Assembly: GCA_041499375.1 (NCBI GenBank) | Contig: JBGQKD010000002.1 | Location: 9,880 to 73,879, forward strand | Length of the DNA: 64,000 bases | Direction: 5' to 3' | Source of the DNA: Gemmatimonadota bacterium | Lineage (GTDB): Bacteria > Gemmatimonadota > Gemmatimonadetes > Gemmatimonadales > GWC2-71-9 | In this document: one piece after another, positions 29,901 through 38,407 of the stretch | Numbering within the stretch: the first letter of the stretch is position 1 | Layout: each line of letters starts with the position of its first letter | Position numbers and translations under genes: made by a program | The notes under the pieces: model-generated | What the model saw: the letters and a program-made list of their open reading frames with translations, nothing else | Databases searched by the model: none | Told to the model about the DNA's origin: nothing

Positions 29901-30440
29901 GCGCCGCTCCGTGCTCTTTTTGCGGTCGCGATACAGACCGATTCCCGCCGCTTCCTCGAACAGCGCACGCCGCTCTTCGGCTTTCTCCGACAACAGGGCC
30001 TCGATCATCTTCGCTTCCATGACGACGGCGGCATCCGCGCCCAGGCCGGTGCCGCGCAACATGTCCTGGATATCCCGGAGCCGTACCGGCGAACGATTCA
30101 GCATGTATTCGCTCTGACCCGAGCGCGACAGGCGCCGCGTCACGACGACTTCCTGATATGCGATCGGGAGGCTGCCGTCCGAGTTATCGAAGACCAGCGA
30201 GACTTCCGCGACGTTCACGGGCCGGCGGCCGGTCGATCCCTGGAAGATGACGTCTTCCATTTTTCCGCCGCGCAGCAAGCGCGGCGACTGCTCGCCGAGT
30301 ACCCAGCGTACCGCGTCCGAGATGTTTGACTTGCCGCAGCCGTTCGGTCCGACGATCGCGGTCACGCCTTGATCGAACGGCAGCTCGACCAAACCGGCGA
30401 ACGACTTGAATCCAGAGAGCTCGAGCCTGCTCAGTCTCAT
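26970..30440 (-). CDS. smc: Chromosome segregation protein SMC
   Basis: 1156 aa. Walker A GPNGCGKSN, long coiled coils with a hinge, signature LSSGERTL and Walker B FCLLDEVDAPLD. Confidence 0.95.
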   Translation of the reverse strand: MRLSRLELSGFKSFAGLVELPFDQGVTAIVGPNGCGKSNISDAVRWVLGEQSPRLLRGGKMEDVIFQGSTGRRPVNVAEVSLVFDNSDGSLPIAYQEVVVTRRLSRSGQSEYMLNRSPVRLRDIQDMLRGTGLGADAAVVMEAKMIEALLSEKAEERRALFEEAAGIGLYRDRKKSTERRLEETGADLARLEDLIAEVQTQVRSLARQRGRAERYGKMIEERFGVAMTLVRREIEDFDLSLGALGVRARELAEQLPAARARLDDAEHQREARVQARHTVEARRTEVERRLGDAKLEVGRLESDLALAAERLSNAGQRRHTAADERLQAERRAAQAEREHEAAATERAAAERDLTAVHCALGARTGEEDNVRGRLTAERAAVRELEEALQRRAETARALEIEGGALDRERSELREQLALAAGERQERDAASHNATRDAEAAAQRVHHDAQAAVRAVEALQHARRQVGTLHEQEMGARSARRQAEAALAQLEARRDALTELDREHVGLAPAAQALLKVRTHFGEGMVLGPLADFVRTSRRDAELAERLLGEWLHAVLVRDASVIEAISTWHRETQPGPLVLLPCVPGPRLGADGHPLKDELRVDGPAAAWVRALLAGHEVIGAGALRRANGAVFLDSGAPAAGGPLQRRAELEALEKDVREAESNRDRARAAEESTVKELAAADAALTAAAQGAEQARRVELDAGAEKGEADRDLIHARRRAEEAAGQVERLTKRLAEVETRLGALHVELQEREAERVRFAEQLGAERAGLADLEAQQEAAREQRVRWQVEAAQVEARLAAASERAGRADADAKAERAQAAARAEEIAGIERETATLMTQRAQWEDTLQERRLALTGLDAAAKDAEAQLGMTDADVGQAEGALDQARKALAALGEEEHRLQLERTEIEGKKRGLVERVETEWRKPLDKLLAEAPEVAGDLEWLRQENDRLRGAIDAVGPVNALAVEEHAEENKRLEFLMTQRDDLVSARNSLQQAAREIDQTAKTLFLESFSKVREHFRSVFQTLFGGGECDVRLANEDEPLESEIEIHAAPRGKRTQRIHLLSSGERTLVAVSLLFAIFLAKPSPFCLLDEVDAPLDDANVGRYVRLLAEFKDQTQFIVITHNPRTMQAADAVYGVTMQEPGVSTIVGVRLGQMEPV

Positions 30441-31681
30441 GGTATTCCCATTCGAGGGAGTAGGTTCGCGCGCACGCCGGCGCGCCTGAGTGCGGCTTGG
30501 GTATACGCCGCCTGTTCGGGTGCTTCGAACGCGCCCATCAGGATCACCCCGGTGGACCAGCGGACCGCGGGAAGACCTCGGCGCCGCAACGAGTCGAGCG
30601 ACGCGCCCGCGGGAGCATGATACGAGTACGGGGCAAGCAGCAGATCGCCGACGCCTTCACCTGCCACGCCGCGGTGCCACAACGCCGTGCGGGCGGTCCC
30701 GGCCGCGGCCCGCGTCGCGTACGAGCCCGCGAGCACCCGATACCAGACAGGGCCATTGCCGCTCTGCGGCACCGGCGTCACGAGCGCCGGTAGACCCGCG
30801 TCCGCCGCGAGCCGGTCGGCGTGCGCCAGTGCCTTGTCGAGTGACGCGTACGCCGCGAGCTGGATCGTCCAGCCGAGCGTGTCGGCCTTGGGGATCGTCG
30901 CGTGTGTTGGAGCAGGGAGTGGGGAGCTGGGAGCAGGAGCAGGCGCGGGAGCAGGAGCTGGTAGGGGCGGCGGGACCAGGAATCCCGACTCGCGCGCTCG
31001 CGCGAGCAGTGCCCATCCTCCGACCGCCAGGGCCGCCACCACGAGCGCGGCAAGTGCGAGGCGCAGGCCGCGGCGCGGTTGGTCGGTCACAGGCACGGTC
31101 ATCGACGGTGGCGATACCCGCGGACTCGACGGCAGCCACCGATCGCGGACGACGCCCAGCAACGGCACATCGCGCGGCAGCGTGAATTCGGGACCCACGC
31201 CCTCGGGCGCGAGCACCAGCGCGCCGTCGGGTGCCGCCGAAAGCTGAGCGAGTCCGGTGAGCGGCAGCAACGCCAGGAGCAGCGCGCCCTCCGACCGAAA
31301 GCCCGCCTGCAATTTCGGCCACCGCGCGTGCGCGTAGACCTCAGCCGGATGTGCGGTCTCCGAGCCGGCGGGAATGATGAACACGCCCGTCACTTCGTGC
31401 GCCGCTTTGTTGAGCGAGACGCCGTATTCGAACGCGTCCACGATTCCTTCGGTTGCGTGCAGCCCGACCATCTCGTGCAGGGCAGGGTTCTCGAGGCACA
31501 AGTCCACGAGCGCCACGCGGCGCCCGTCGCGCGCGGCGATGCGGGCGATGTCCCACGCCGCTTTTGCCGCCCAGGGCGGATCGTTCGCCATCGTGACGAG
31601 CGCGACCAACGCCGCGTCGTCCACGAGCGGCGGAACGAGGTGACCGAGCCGCGAAAGCGGCAACTGACGGACGCCGGTCAT
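30437..31681 (-). CDS. SPOR domain protein with N-terminal degenerate MinD/ParA/BY-kinase-like domain, TM segment and Pro-Ala linker
   Basis: ATG 31681 forms an ATGA overlap with the upstream stop. The N-domain reads RRVALVDLCLENPALHEMVGL...GVFIIPAG and lacks a GxxGK[ST] P-loop. TM segment LALAALVVAALAVGGWALL, linker PPPLPAPAPAPAPAP. The C-terminal SPOR domain reads WTIQLAAYAS...WYRVLAGSY. Confidence 0.7.
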   Translation of the reverse strand: MTGVRQLPLSRLGHLVPPLVDDAALVALVTMANDPPWAAKAAWDIARIAARDGRRVALVDLCLENPALHEMVGLHATEGIVDAFEYGVSLNKAAHEVTGVFIIPAGSETAHPAEVYAHARWPKLQAGFRSEGALLLALLPLTGLAQLSAAPDGALVLAPEGVGPEFTLPRDVPLLGVVRDRWLPSSPRVSPPSMTVPVTDQPRRGLRLALAALVVAALAVGGWALLARARESGFLVPPPLPAPAPAPAPAPSSPLPAPTHATIPKADTLGWTIQLAAYASLDKALAHADRLAADAGLPALVTPVPQSGNGPVWYRVLAGSYATRAAAGTARTALWHRGVAGEGVGDLLLAPYSYHAPAGASLDSLRRRGLPAVRWSTGVILMGAFEAPEQAAYTQAALRRAGVRANLLPRMGIP

Positions 31682-33102
31682 TGCCCGGGCTGGTAGATCC
31701 AGAAGGGGCGGCCCAGGCGTCGTCCCGTGGCTTCGGCCTGCGCGCGGGTCGCGTAGGGGCCGAGCACGACGCGATAGCCATCGTCGGGGTGCTGTGGCGG
31801 CAGGACGCGCGCCGCCAATCCCGCGCGCGTGAGATCGTCCGCGAGATGTCCCGACCACTCCGGGTTCTGGGACGTCGAGACCTGCACGTACAACGGTCCT
31901 TCCGCGCCGGTGCCCGAGCTGTCGGAGGTTGTGGAGCTCACAGTGCTCGACGGAACCCCCCGCGGCAGCCATGTGGTCAGCACCCACACATCGGCGGCGC
32001 CGTTCGTCACTTTGCCGACGTCGCTCAGCGAATCGGGCCGGCCCGACACCACGTCGTTGCCGCGGCGGTAGATCAGCATCCCGTCTGGCGAGATGGCAGG
32101 CAGATCCGACTTCCATTCAGTGGGGACGATGCCGGTGTGACGCTTGATCGGCAGATCGACGATCCACGCCGAATCGCCCACCGCGGGGCGCGCGAGCAAC
32201 CAGCGGCCGAGCGGGTCGAGGCGTAGCGCGGCGACCGGACCGGGCAACGCGACGCCGTCGAGCTCCTTGCGCTCGTAGCGATCGACCACGGCGAGCCCCG
32301 GCACGTCGCGCCGCGCGACATAAATCCGATGGCCCGATGGCGAGAACGCGAGCGCCCGCGGTGCGTCCGTCAGCTTCACGAACGCCGGATCACGCCGTCC
32401 GAGCGGATCGTAGAACGTCACGCCCGAGTCGCTGGCGACCGCGACGAGGTCGCCCCAGCGTGTCGCCGCGACGTCGCCACCGGCGGCGATGGGCCGCACG
32501 GTCGGCGGCTGATCGGCGGCGGCGACGAGCAGTCGATCCTGCGGGATCACACCGACGAGATGCTGATCGGCCGCCCCGAACATTTCGCGCGGGAGCGCGG
32601 TCAAAGGCTGGGGCCAGGCAAATCGCGTTCGCCGCGAGAGCGAGACCACGCGACGCGACGAATCCACAGCGTAGAGCGTGCCATCGGGGCCCAGCGCGGC
32701 CTGTTTGATGTTCGCCCCGACGGTGTCCACGCGGCCGCTGCCGAGGTCGAGCGCGAGCAGATCGTGTTTGGCGGTCGTGACAAAGAGGAATTCCGATTCG
32801 GGGTCGAGGCCGATGACCCGCTCGATCGGGGGCAGTTTGCCCTTCAGCACTCCCTCGACGGAGGTGAGCCGCGGCAGCCGATACAGCTGCGGCGTGCCAC
32901 CTTTGGCGGGGAGGCGGATCGCCACACCGGGCGAGCGCGCGAGTATCTGGAGCTTGCTAACCAGTTGCGGCGACTGTTGTTGTGACGATCCAGCCGCCGG
33001 CGCTCGGGGGCCACAGCCCCAAAGCGTGACAAACGCAATTAGAAGGAAGCGGGAGATAGGCAATTGGCCTCGCCGGACAAAATAGACAACCGGCGAGGCC
33101 AT
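31678..33102 (-). CDS. SPOR domain lipoprotein with beta-propeller-like central region
   Basis: Lipobox LWGC. Repeated strand-turn motifs (GPDGTLYAVD, FSPSGHRIYVA, ISPDGMLIY). The C-terminal SPOR domain reads LYVQVSTSQN...YRVVLGPYATRAQAE. Confidence 0.7.
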   Translation of the reverse strand: MASPVVYFVRRGQLPISRFLLIAFVTLWGCGPRAPAAGSSQQQSPQLVSKLQILARSPGVAIRLPAKGGTPQLYRLPRLTSVEGVLKGKLPPIERVIGLDPESEFLFVTTAKHDLLALDLGSGRVDTVGANIKQAALGPDGTLYAVDSSRRVVSLSRRTRFAWPQPLTALPREMFGAADQHLVGVIPQDRLLVAAADQPPTVRPIAAGGDVAATRWGDLVAVASDSGVTFYDPLGRRDPAFVKLTDAPRALAFSPSGHRIYVARRDVPGLAVVDRYERKELDGVALPGPVAALRLDPLGRWLLARPAVGDSAWIVDLPIKRHTGIVPTEWKSDLPAISPDGMLIYRRGNDVVSGRPDSLSDVGKVTNGAADVWVLTTWLPRGVPSSTVSSTTSDSSGTGAEGPLYVQVSTSQNPEWSGHLADDLTRAGLAARVLPPQHPDDGYRVVLGPYATRAQAEATGRRLGRPFWIYQPGQ

Positions 33103-33126
33103 TGCAACTGTTTTATTGAAGCGGAG

Positions 33127-36100
33127 TTAGAACGTCGGACCTAAACTGATGGTCCAATACGCGTGCCTGAGCGCCCGGTCCAAGGGCTTCGTGTAATCGA
33201 GACGCATAATCAGTAGACCGAAGACGTTCGCCCGAATCGAGCCACCCCAGCTCCGCAGCGGTGTCCGAACCAGGACCGGGTCGTCTCCAGCCGCGCGGCT
33301 CCATTTGACGGTGCTCGCGTCGTCCCACGCCATCCCGATGTCGTAGAACAGCGCGCCTTCGATCGGTGGGAAGCCCACCGGCAAGAAGCCGAGCACCAGG
33401 CTGCGTGTCAGCGGGAACCGCAGCTCCACGTTGCCGACCGCGATCTTCGATCCGACCAGCTGGTCGAGCTCGGCGCACGCGGTTTGCGACCTCGACTGCG
33501 CGGTGATGCTGCACTCGTGGTTGCGGATCGAACCGGCGGTGTACCCCCGTATCAATTCGGTGCTGCCGACGAAAACCGGGAACCGATCGGCATCGCGCCC
33601 GAAGCGTCCGAACATCAGCCCGCGGACGGCGATCGTGAACGGCCGGAAGAAGAGATAGCGCCGGTAATCGACGAGCCCGGCGGTAAACTGCCAGCTGCCG
33701 AATGCTGGTGCGATGGAAAACCGCGAGCGAGCCCCCGCGAACGGCCCGACGTACCCGAACAGGGTGTTGTCATGCACGTGCGCGATGGAGGGCTGCACGA
33801 AGGTCGCGGACGGACCGCCACCCTGGACCAGTTGCTGGTCGTTGAAGTCGCCCGTGCTCGATCGGTAGGAGGACTGCAGCGCCAGTGTGGCCTCCGAGAT
33901 GTTGACCGCGTGCACGCCCAGCTCGATACGGTTGAACCGACTGAATGGATACGACGATTCAGTAAACAGGTCGCGAATGACGAAGCGCCGAATGCGCGTC
34001 GAGTAGACATCGAGGCTGTCGCCGGGGCGGTTCGGATCCGCGATCCGCGTCTGGTCGCTGCCGCCGTAGAAGTAGAGCGGATCCTGGGAGAAGCCGCCCG
34101 CCCAATTCAGGCGATGCGACTGGTTGACGTACAGCCCGAGGAACTGGGCCTCGCTGATGCGGCCGTTGATCGACCCCGCGAGCACCACCGAGTGATTGCC
34201 CAGGATGTCCGAGAGCGCGATCGCCGTCCCCCCGAACACCCCGCGTCCGAAGTTGTCCCGCTGGTACCCGACGGTCGGTCGCACGACGTAGTCGGCCGTA
34301 AAGCGCACCTTGTACGGCCGGAACGTGAATTCGTTCGTGTCGGGGAGCGAGAGCGTCGCGGAGTCGAGGAGTGCACGGACGGTGACCGACGGACGCGCAG
34401 CTGAGGATTCGGCGGGCTGGGGCAGCGCGGATGGCCGGAATCCGGTTGCCGAGCGATAGATCGAGACACCGGTGGAAAACGTCGGCAGGTCCGACGCCGA
34501 ACCGGTGCCGCCGAGCGCCACCATCGGTGGCCGGAGCAGGGGGGCCTGCAGGATGGTATCACGCGCTTCCGCCTGCATCAGACTCACGATCGGCTGCGCG
34601 CCGGGGCCGTGATAAGGCGCGCGGCGCAGCGAGCGCGGATTCTCCAGCGAATACACGCTGTACTGGCCGTCCTCGTAATAGACGAACGCCATACGGTCGG
34701 CCTGCGGCGCCCACGTGAGCACGGGTGACAGCGGCGTGATCCCCTGGACCCCCGTGAACATGTTCGTGAGCTGATAGATCTGCCCGTCGGCCATGTCGTA
34801 CAGGAAAACATTCGCAATGCCGGTGCGATCAGACACGAACGCGAGCGACCGGCCGTCCGGGGCCCACACAGGATTGATGTTCTTCCCGATGTCCATGTTC
34901 CCGAGCATATCGATCGCGCCGGTGTCGAGGTGCAGCAGCGCGATGCGCAGATTCCCGAAGCGGAGCAGCTCGAAATCCGTTTCGCCGCCCCGGTCCGTCA
35001 CGAACGCGATCGTCTTGCCGTCGGGCGACCAGGAGGGGTGGAGGTCGGCAAACTTGTCGTTGGTGAGCCGGCGCAGGCCGGTGCCGTCCCGATCGATAAT
35101 GAAGAGATCGGTGAAGCCATTGCTGAAGCCGGCGAAGACGAGCTGCTTCCCGTCGGGCGACCACTGCGGCGTCTGCAGTCCGTTCAGGCCGACGTGGATG
35201 CGACGATCTTCCCTGCCGCGCTTCACGTCGAGAATCACCAGATCGTCGCGGTCCTTGCGCTTGGCCGCGATCGCGAAATAGCGGCCGTCGGGGGAGAACG
35301 CCCCCGCCGAGTTGATGAACCGCAGGCTCTCGTAGTTGTTGTTCTGCGTCGATTTCACCAGCTGGCGCTTGACGCGTCCCGTCTCGGCATCGGCCAGCCA
35401 GAGATCGATGAAGAAGCCGCCTTGATCTCCGAAGTACGCGATGTCCTTGCCATCCGGCGTCAGCGCCGGCGCGAGGAAGATGCGACCACGCGAGTGGCGC
35501 TGGGTCAGCGTCGGCTGCGCGATGCGACGTGCGCGATAGTGGTCGCCCAGCTGCGGCAGGAACGTCGTCTGGATGGCGTCGCGCCAGTCATTCGAGAGAT
35601 CCTCGAGCGAGCGGCCCAGCGCGCGCTTGAACGCGGCGTCGAGTCCCGACGTCGCGGAGCTCTGCAATATTTCGCCGATGACTTCATCGCCCCACTTCTC
35701 GCCGATATAGGCCCAGAGCGCGTGGCCGTAGCGGTAGGGAAAGATGTACGGATCGTTCGTCATCTCCTCGATCGAGGGAAGGTGTCCCTCGAGGGCGGCA
35801 TCGCGGAGCCACATCGCCGTCTCGGGATTGATCGGTCCGAGCGACAGATACTCGGCCATCCCTTCCATGAACCAGAGCGGCGGATTGACGGCCATGAGCG
35901 TCTGCACACCGGCGCCGGGGCGACCGCGGCTGTACACGTCGTACTGGAACTGGTGCACCATCTCGTGCTGCAACACATGCTCGAACTCGGCGTAGGAGCC
36001 GGTGAAGGGCAGCACGGCGCGGTGCTTGAAGAACTCCGTGACGCCGCCGAGTCCTTCGCCCGACGCGTCGACGACGTTCGTCTGCTGGAAGTCGGACTGC

Positions 36101-36372
36101 GAAGCGTACAGGATGATCGGCTTGCGGCTGGAGAACTGATGGTGGAGGATGCGCGACAGGCGGGCATAGGCACGTTCGGCCATGCGCGCGGCGTCGAGCG
36201 CGCCGCCGCGCTCATCCGGGTAGTAGTAGAGGTCGAAGTGTTCGGTCTGAATCGATTGGAAATTGAAGCTGCGGTACTGCACCTTGTTCTGACCGAAGTA
36301 CTGCGCGGCCGCCGGCGTTGCCGGGATACCGAGTCCCAGCACGACCATCAGACGAGTCACGGTGCGTCGCAT
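33127..36372 (-). CDS. Outer-membrane fusion protein: MA-clan zinc peptidase-like domain + PD40/TolB-type beta-propeller + Omp85 (bacterial surface antigen) beta-barrel
   Basis: Signal peptide ending in AAAQ. HEMVH lies at residues 136-140 (nt 35953-35967), with a downstream Glu in WFMEGMAEY. At least five PD40-like repeats are present (TPDGKDIAY, FSPDGRYFA, WSPDGKQLVF, WSPDGKTIAF, WAPDGRSLAF). The C-terminal barrel ends YWTISLGPTF. Confidence 0.8.
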   Translation of the reverse strand: MRRTVTRLMVVLGLGIPATPAAAQYFGQNKVQYRSFNFQSIQTEHFDLYYYPDERGGALDAARMAERAYARLSRILHHQFSSRKPIILYASQSDFQQTNVVDASGEGLGGVTEFFKHRAVLPFTGSYAEFEHVLQHEMVHQFQYDVYSRGRPGAGVQTLMAVNPPLWFMEGMAEYLSLGPINPETAMWLRDAALEGHLPSIEEMTNDPYIFPYRYGHALWAYIGEKWGDEVIGEILQSSATSGLDAAFKRALGRSLEDLSNDWRDAIQTTFLPQLGDHYRARRIAQPTLTQRHSRGRIFLAPALTPDGKDIAYFGDQGGFFIDLWLADAETGRVKRQLVKSTQNNNYESLRFINSAGAFSPDGRYFAIAAKRKDRDDLVILDVKRGREDRRIHVGLNGLQTPQWSPDGKQLVFAGFSNGFTDLFIIDRDGTGLRRLTNDKFADLHPSWSPDGKTIAFVTDRGGETDFELLRFGNLRIALLHLDTGAIDMLGNMDIGKNINPVWAPDGRSLAFVSDRTGIANVFLYDMADGQIYQLTNMFTGVQGITPLSPVLTWAPQADRMAFVYYEDGQYSVYSLENPRSLRRAPYHGPGAQPIVSLMQAEARDTILQAPLLRPPMVALGGTGSASDLPTFSTGVSIYRSATGFRPSALPQPAESSAARPSVTVRALLDSATLSLPDTNEFTFRPYKVRFTADYVVRPTVGYQRDNFGRGVFGGTAIALSDILGNHSVVLAGSINGRISEAQFLGLYVNQSHRLNWAGGFSQDPLYFYGGSDQTRIADPNRPGDSLDVYSTRIRRFVIRDLFTESSYPFSRFNRIELGVHAVNISEATLALQSSYRSSTGDFNDQQLVQGGGPSATFVQPSIAHVHDNTLFGYVGPFAGARSRFSIAPAFGSWQFTAGLVDYRRYLFFRPFTIAVRGLMFGRFGRDADRFPVFVGSTELIRGYTAGSIRNHECSITAQSRSQTACAELDQLVGSKIAVGNVELRFPLTRSLVLGFLPVGFPPIEGALFYDIGMAWDDASTVKWSRAAGDDPVLVRTPLRSWGGSIRANVFGLLIMRLDYTKPLDRALRHAYWTISLGPTF

Positions 36373-36378
36373 GCCTGC

Positions 36379-36747
36379 CTAGCCTTTCGGCCCCTGTCCG
36401 CCTGAGTCGCCGGCGGCGACCACTGGGGCGTCCCCCCACAGCCGTTCGAGCTGGTAGAAGTCACGCAGCTCGGGATGAAATACGTGGACCACGAAGTCCA
36501 CATAGTCGAGCAGTACCCAGCGGCCCTGTGCCAGCCCTTCCACATGATGGGGTTCGAGCCCCGCCGGCGCGAGTGCCGTTACAAGATGCTCCGCCATTCC
36601 CCGCACATGGGCGTCTGACGTTCCCGAGACGATCACGAAGTAATCGGTAGCGGCGGTCAGCCCCCGGAGATCGAGTACTACCGGATCGACCGCCTTACGG
36701 TCCAACAGTGCGTCCACAACCTGTGAGAGCTCAGTGTTCAGCGTCAC
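36379..36747 (-). CDS. rsfS: Ribosome silencing factor RsfS (iojap family)
   Basis: 122 aa with the family core TDYFVIVSGTS...WVLLDYVDFVVHVFHPELRDFYQLERLW. Confidence 0.9.
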   Translation of the reverse strand: MTLNTELSQVVDALLDRKAVDPVVLDLRGLTAATDYFVIVSGTSDAHVRGMAEHLVTALAPAGLEPHHVEGLAQGRWVLLDYVDFVVHVFHPELRDFYQLERLWGDAPVVAAGDSGGQGPKG

Positions 36748-37191
36748 CTACTCCTTCACTACCGTCACCCGGACCTCGGGCCGCACTTCGGGATGGATCT
36801 TGATCCCGACCTTGTATTCACCCAGCTCGCGAATCGGCTCCGCCAAGTCGATCTTCCGCTTGTCGACCTTGATGCCCAGCTCCTCGAGCTTGCGCTGGAT
36901 GTCGCCGGCGGTGACGGAGCCGTACAGCTTCTCTTCTTCGCCGACTTTCACCTCGAAGGTGAGCTGGACGTCGGCCAGCCGCGTCGCTTCCGTCTCCGCC
37001 GCCGATTTCTCGGCAGCTTGTTGTTTCGTCAGACGTTCGCCTTCGTAGGCGATCTTTTTCTTGTTGGCGTCCGTCGCCGGATAGGCGAGCCCCTGGGGCA
37101 GGAGGTAGTTGCGGGCGTAGCCGTCCTTCACCTTCACGACTTCGCCGATCTTGCCCAGATGCTGTACGTCCGCCCGGAGAATGATTTCCAT
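36748..37191 (-). CDS. rplI: 50S ribosomal protein L9
   Basis: ATG 37191 gives a 147-aa protein reading MEIILRADVQHLGKIGEVVKVKDGYARNYLLPQGLA. The track ORF runs far upstream (to 38172) through the neighbouring gene. Confidence 0.95.
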   Translation of the reverse strand: MEIILRADVQHLGKIGEVVKVKDGYARNYLLPQGLAYPATDANKKKIAYEGERLTKQQAAEKSAAETEATRLADVQLTFEVKVGEEEKLYGSVTAGDIQRKLEELGIKVDKRKIDLAEPIRELGEYKVGIKIHPEVRPEVRVTVVKE

Positions 37192-37202
37192 CGCTTGAGC
37201 CC

Positions 37203-38138
37203 TCACGGTGTATTGGACCGCTGCCGCTCGCGCGCTTCCGCGAGGCGGCGCCGGTATTGGTACCACGTATCGGTGATGCCGAGCGTGCACAGCCCGGGGA
37301 GCACGAACACCAGCGGCACGGCCAGCGCCGCCGCCGCCGCCGCGACGATCACGAGCGTCAGCGCCGAGATGCCGAACGCTTCGGCAAATGTCGCGACGAT
37401 CGCCGCGCCGCGCAGCACGTACAGTGTGCTCGCGACGAGTCCGAGGTTCGTGCCCGCGACCTGCAGCACGCTCGAGACGGGCAGAATCAGCACGCCCAGC
37501 CAGGCGACGATGCCCCACACCCACCCGTCGCCCATGTAGAAGTCCCTGAAGCGCGCCGGGGGGGTGGCGGGCGCCACGCCTGCACCAGCAGCGCGTGCGA
37601 CGATGCGCCGATACAGCTGCCACGCCAGCGCGAGACCGGCGAGCGTCTGCAACGCGAGCATCCCCGGCCACGTGAGACTGATGAAACGCACCACCGGCTC
37701 GTAGATCGGGAACGCGTCGGGCGCCACCTCGACGATCGACCGCATCGTGATGCTCGCCTGCCGGGTCGCTTCCCATCCAAGCGCGCCCCACGCGCTGGAT
37801 CCCCAGATCGCTTGAATCAGCAGCGCCGCCGCGAGTCCGGCGGCGACGATCGAGCGAAACGCCTGACGCAGGATCGGGGCGGGGGTGGGGGCGGGGGCGG
37901 GCTTGAGCAGCACCAACGAGACGAACGCCGCTGTCACGAGCACGATGTACGCGCTCGTCGCGGCCGCGAGCCGGCTGCCGCTCCCGCTGCTCAGGACGAG
38001 CAGCGCCAGACTCACCGCCCCGATCATCCCGGCGATCGGCTGCGACCAGCCGGATCCCCCCCCCCGTTCCCCTCCGGGCGCGATGATCAAGAGCGCCGCG
38101 CACGGCAGACCCACCAGACTGGGGGGGGCCCACAGCAC
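37203..38138 (-). CDS. Polytopic membrane protein, DUF2232/YybS-like (start uncertain)
   Basis: Multiple hydrophobic segments, and a position between rpsR and rplI like yybS-type genes. There is no ATG between the rpsR stop (38186) and codon 84. The in-frame candidates are ATA 38189, CTG codons and GTG 38138. Confidence 0.5.
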   Translation of the reverse strand: MLWAPPSLVGLPCAALLIIAPGGERGGGSGWSQPIAGMIGAVSLALLVLSSGSGSRLAAATSAYIVLVTAAFVSLVLLKPAPAPTPAPILRQAFRSIVAAGLAAALLIQAIWGSSAWGALGWEATRQASITMRSIVEVAPDAFPIYEPVVRFISLTWPGMLALQTLAGLALAWQLYRRIVARAAGAGVAPATPPARFRDFYMGDGWVWGIVAWLGVLILPVSSVLQVAGTNLGLVASTLYVLRGAAIVATFAEAFGISALTLVIVAAAAAALAVPLVFVLPGLCTLGITDTWYQYRRRLAEARERQRSNTP

Positions 38139-38185
38139 GAAGACGGTCAGCGCCAGGAGCGGGCGCCACCACGACTCTTTGGTAG

Positions 38186-38407
38186 CTATGCGGTGTGACC
38201 CTTGATGTAAGGAATCAGCGCCAGCTGCCGCGCGCGTTTGATCGCGGTCGCGAGCTGTCGCTGATGACGCGCGCACATCCCCGACAACCGGCTCGGCAGA
38301 ATCTTGCCACGTTCGGTGAGAAAGCGGCTCAACGTCCGGTCATCCTTGTAGTCCAGCACGCGCGCGCCGGATTCGCACACGGGACAGGTCTTGGCGGGAC
38401 GTCTCAC
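38186..38407 (-). CDS. rpsR: 30S ribosomal protein S18
   Basis: 73 aa with IDYKD...[40 protein letters not shown]. Confidence 0.95.
   Translation of the reverse strand: MRRPAKTCPVCESGARVLDYKDDRTLSRFLTERGKILPSRLSGMCARHQRQLATAIKRARQLALIPYIKGHTA

Noticed and set aside
30908-30975. Imperfect tandem GGAGCAGG-like DNA repeat
   Set aside because: It is the coding sequence of the (Pro-Ala)n linker PPPLPAPAPAPAPAPSSPLPAP in the SPOR protein. It is not a CRISPR array or a non-coding repeat.
34930-36405. 491-aa plus-strand ORF antisense to the peptidase-propeller-Omp85 gene
   Set aside because: It has no motifs and shadow-ORF composition. The minus-strand frame has a signal peptide, HExxH, PD40 repeats and a barrel terminus.
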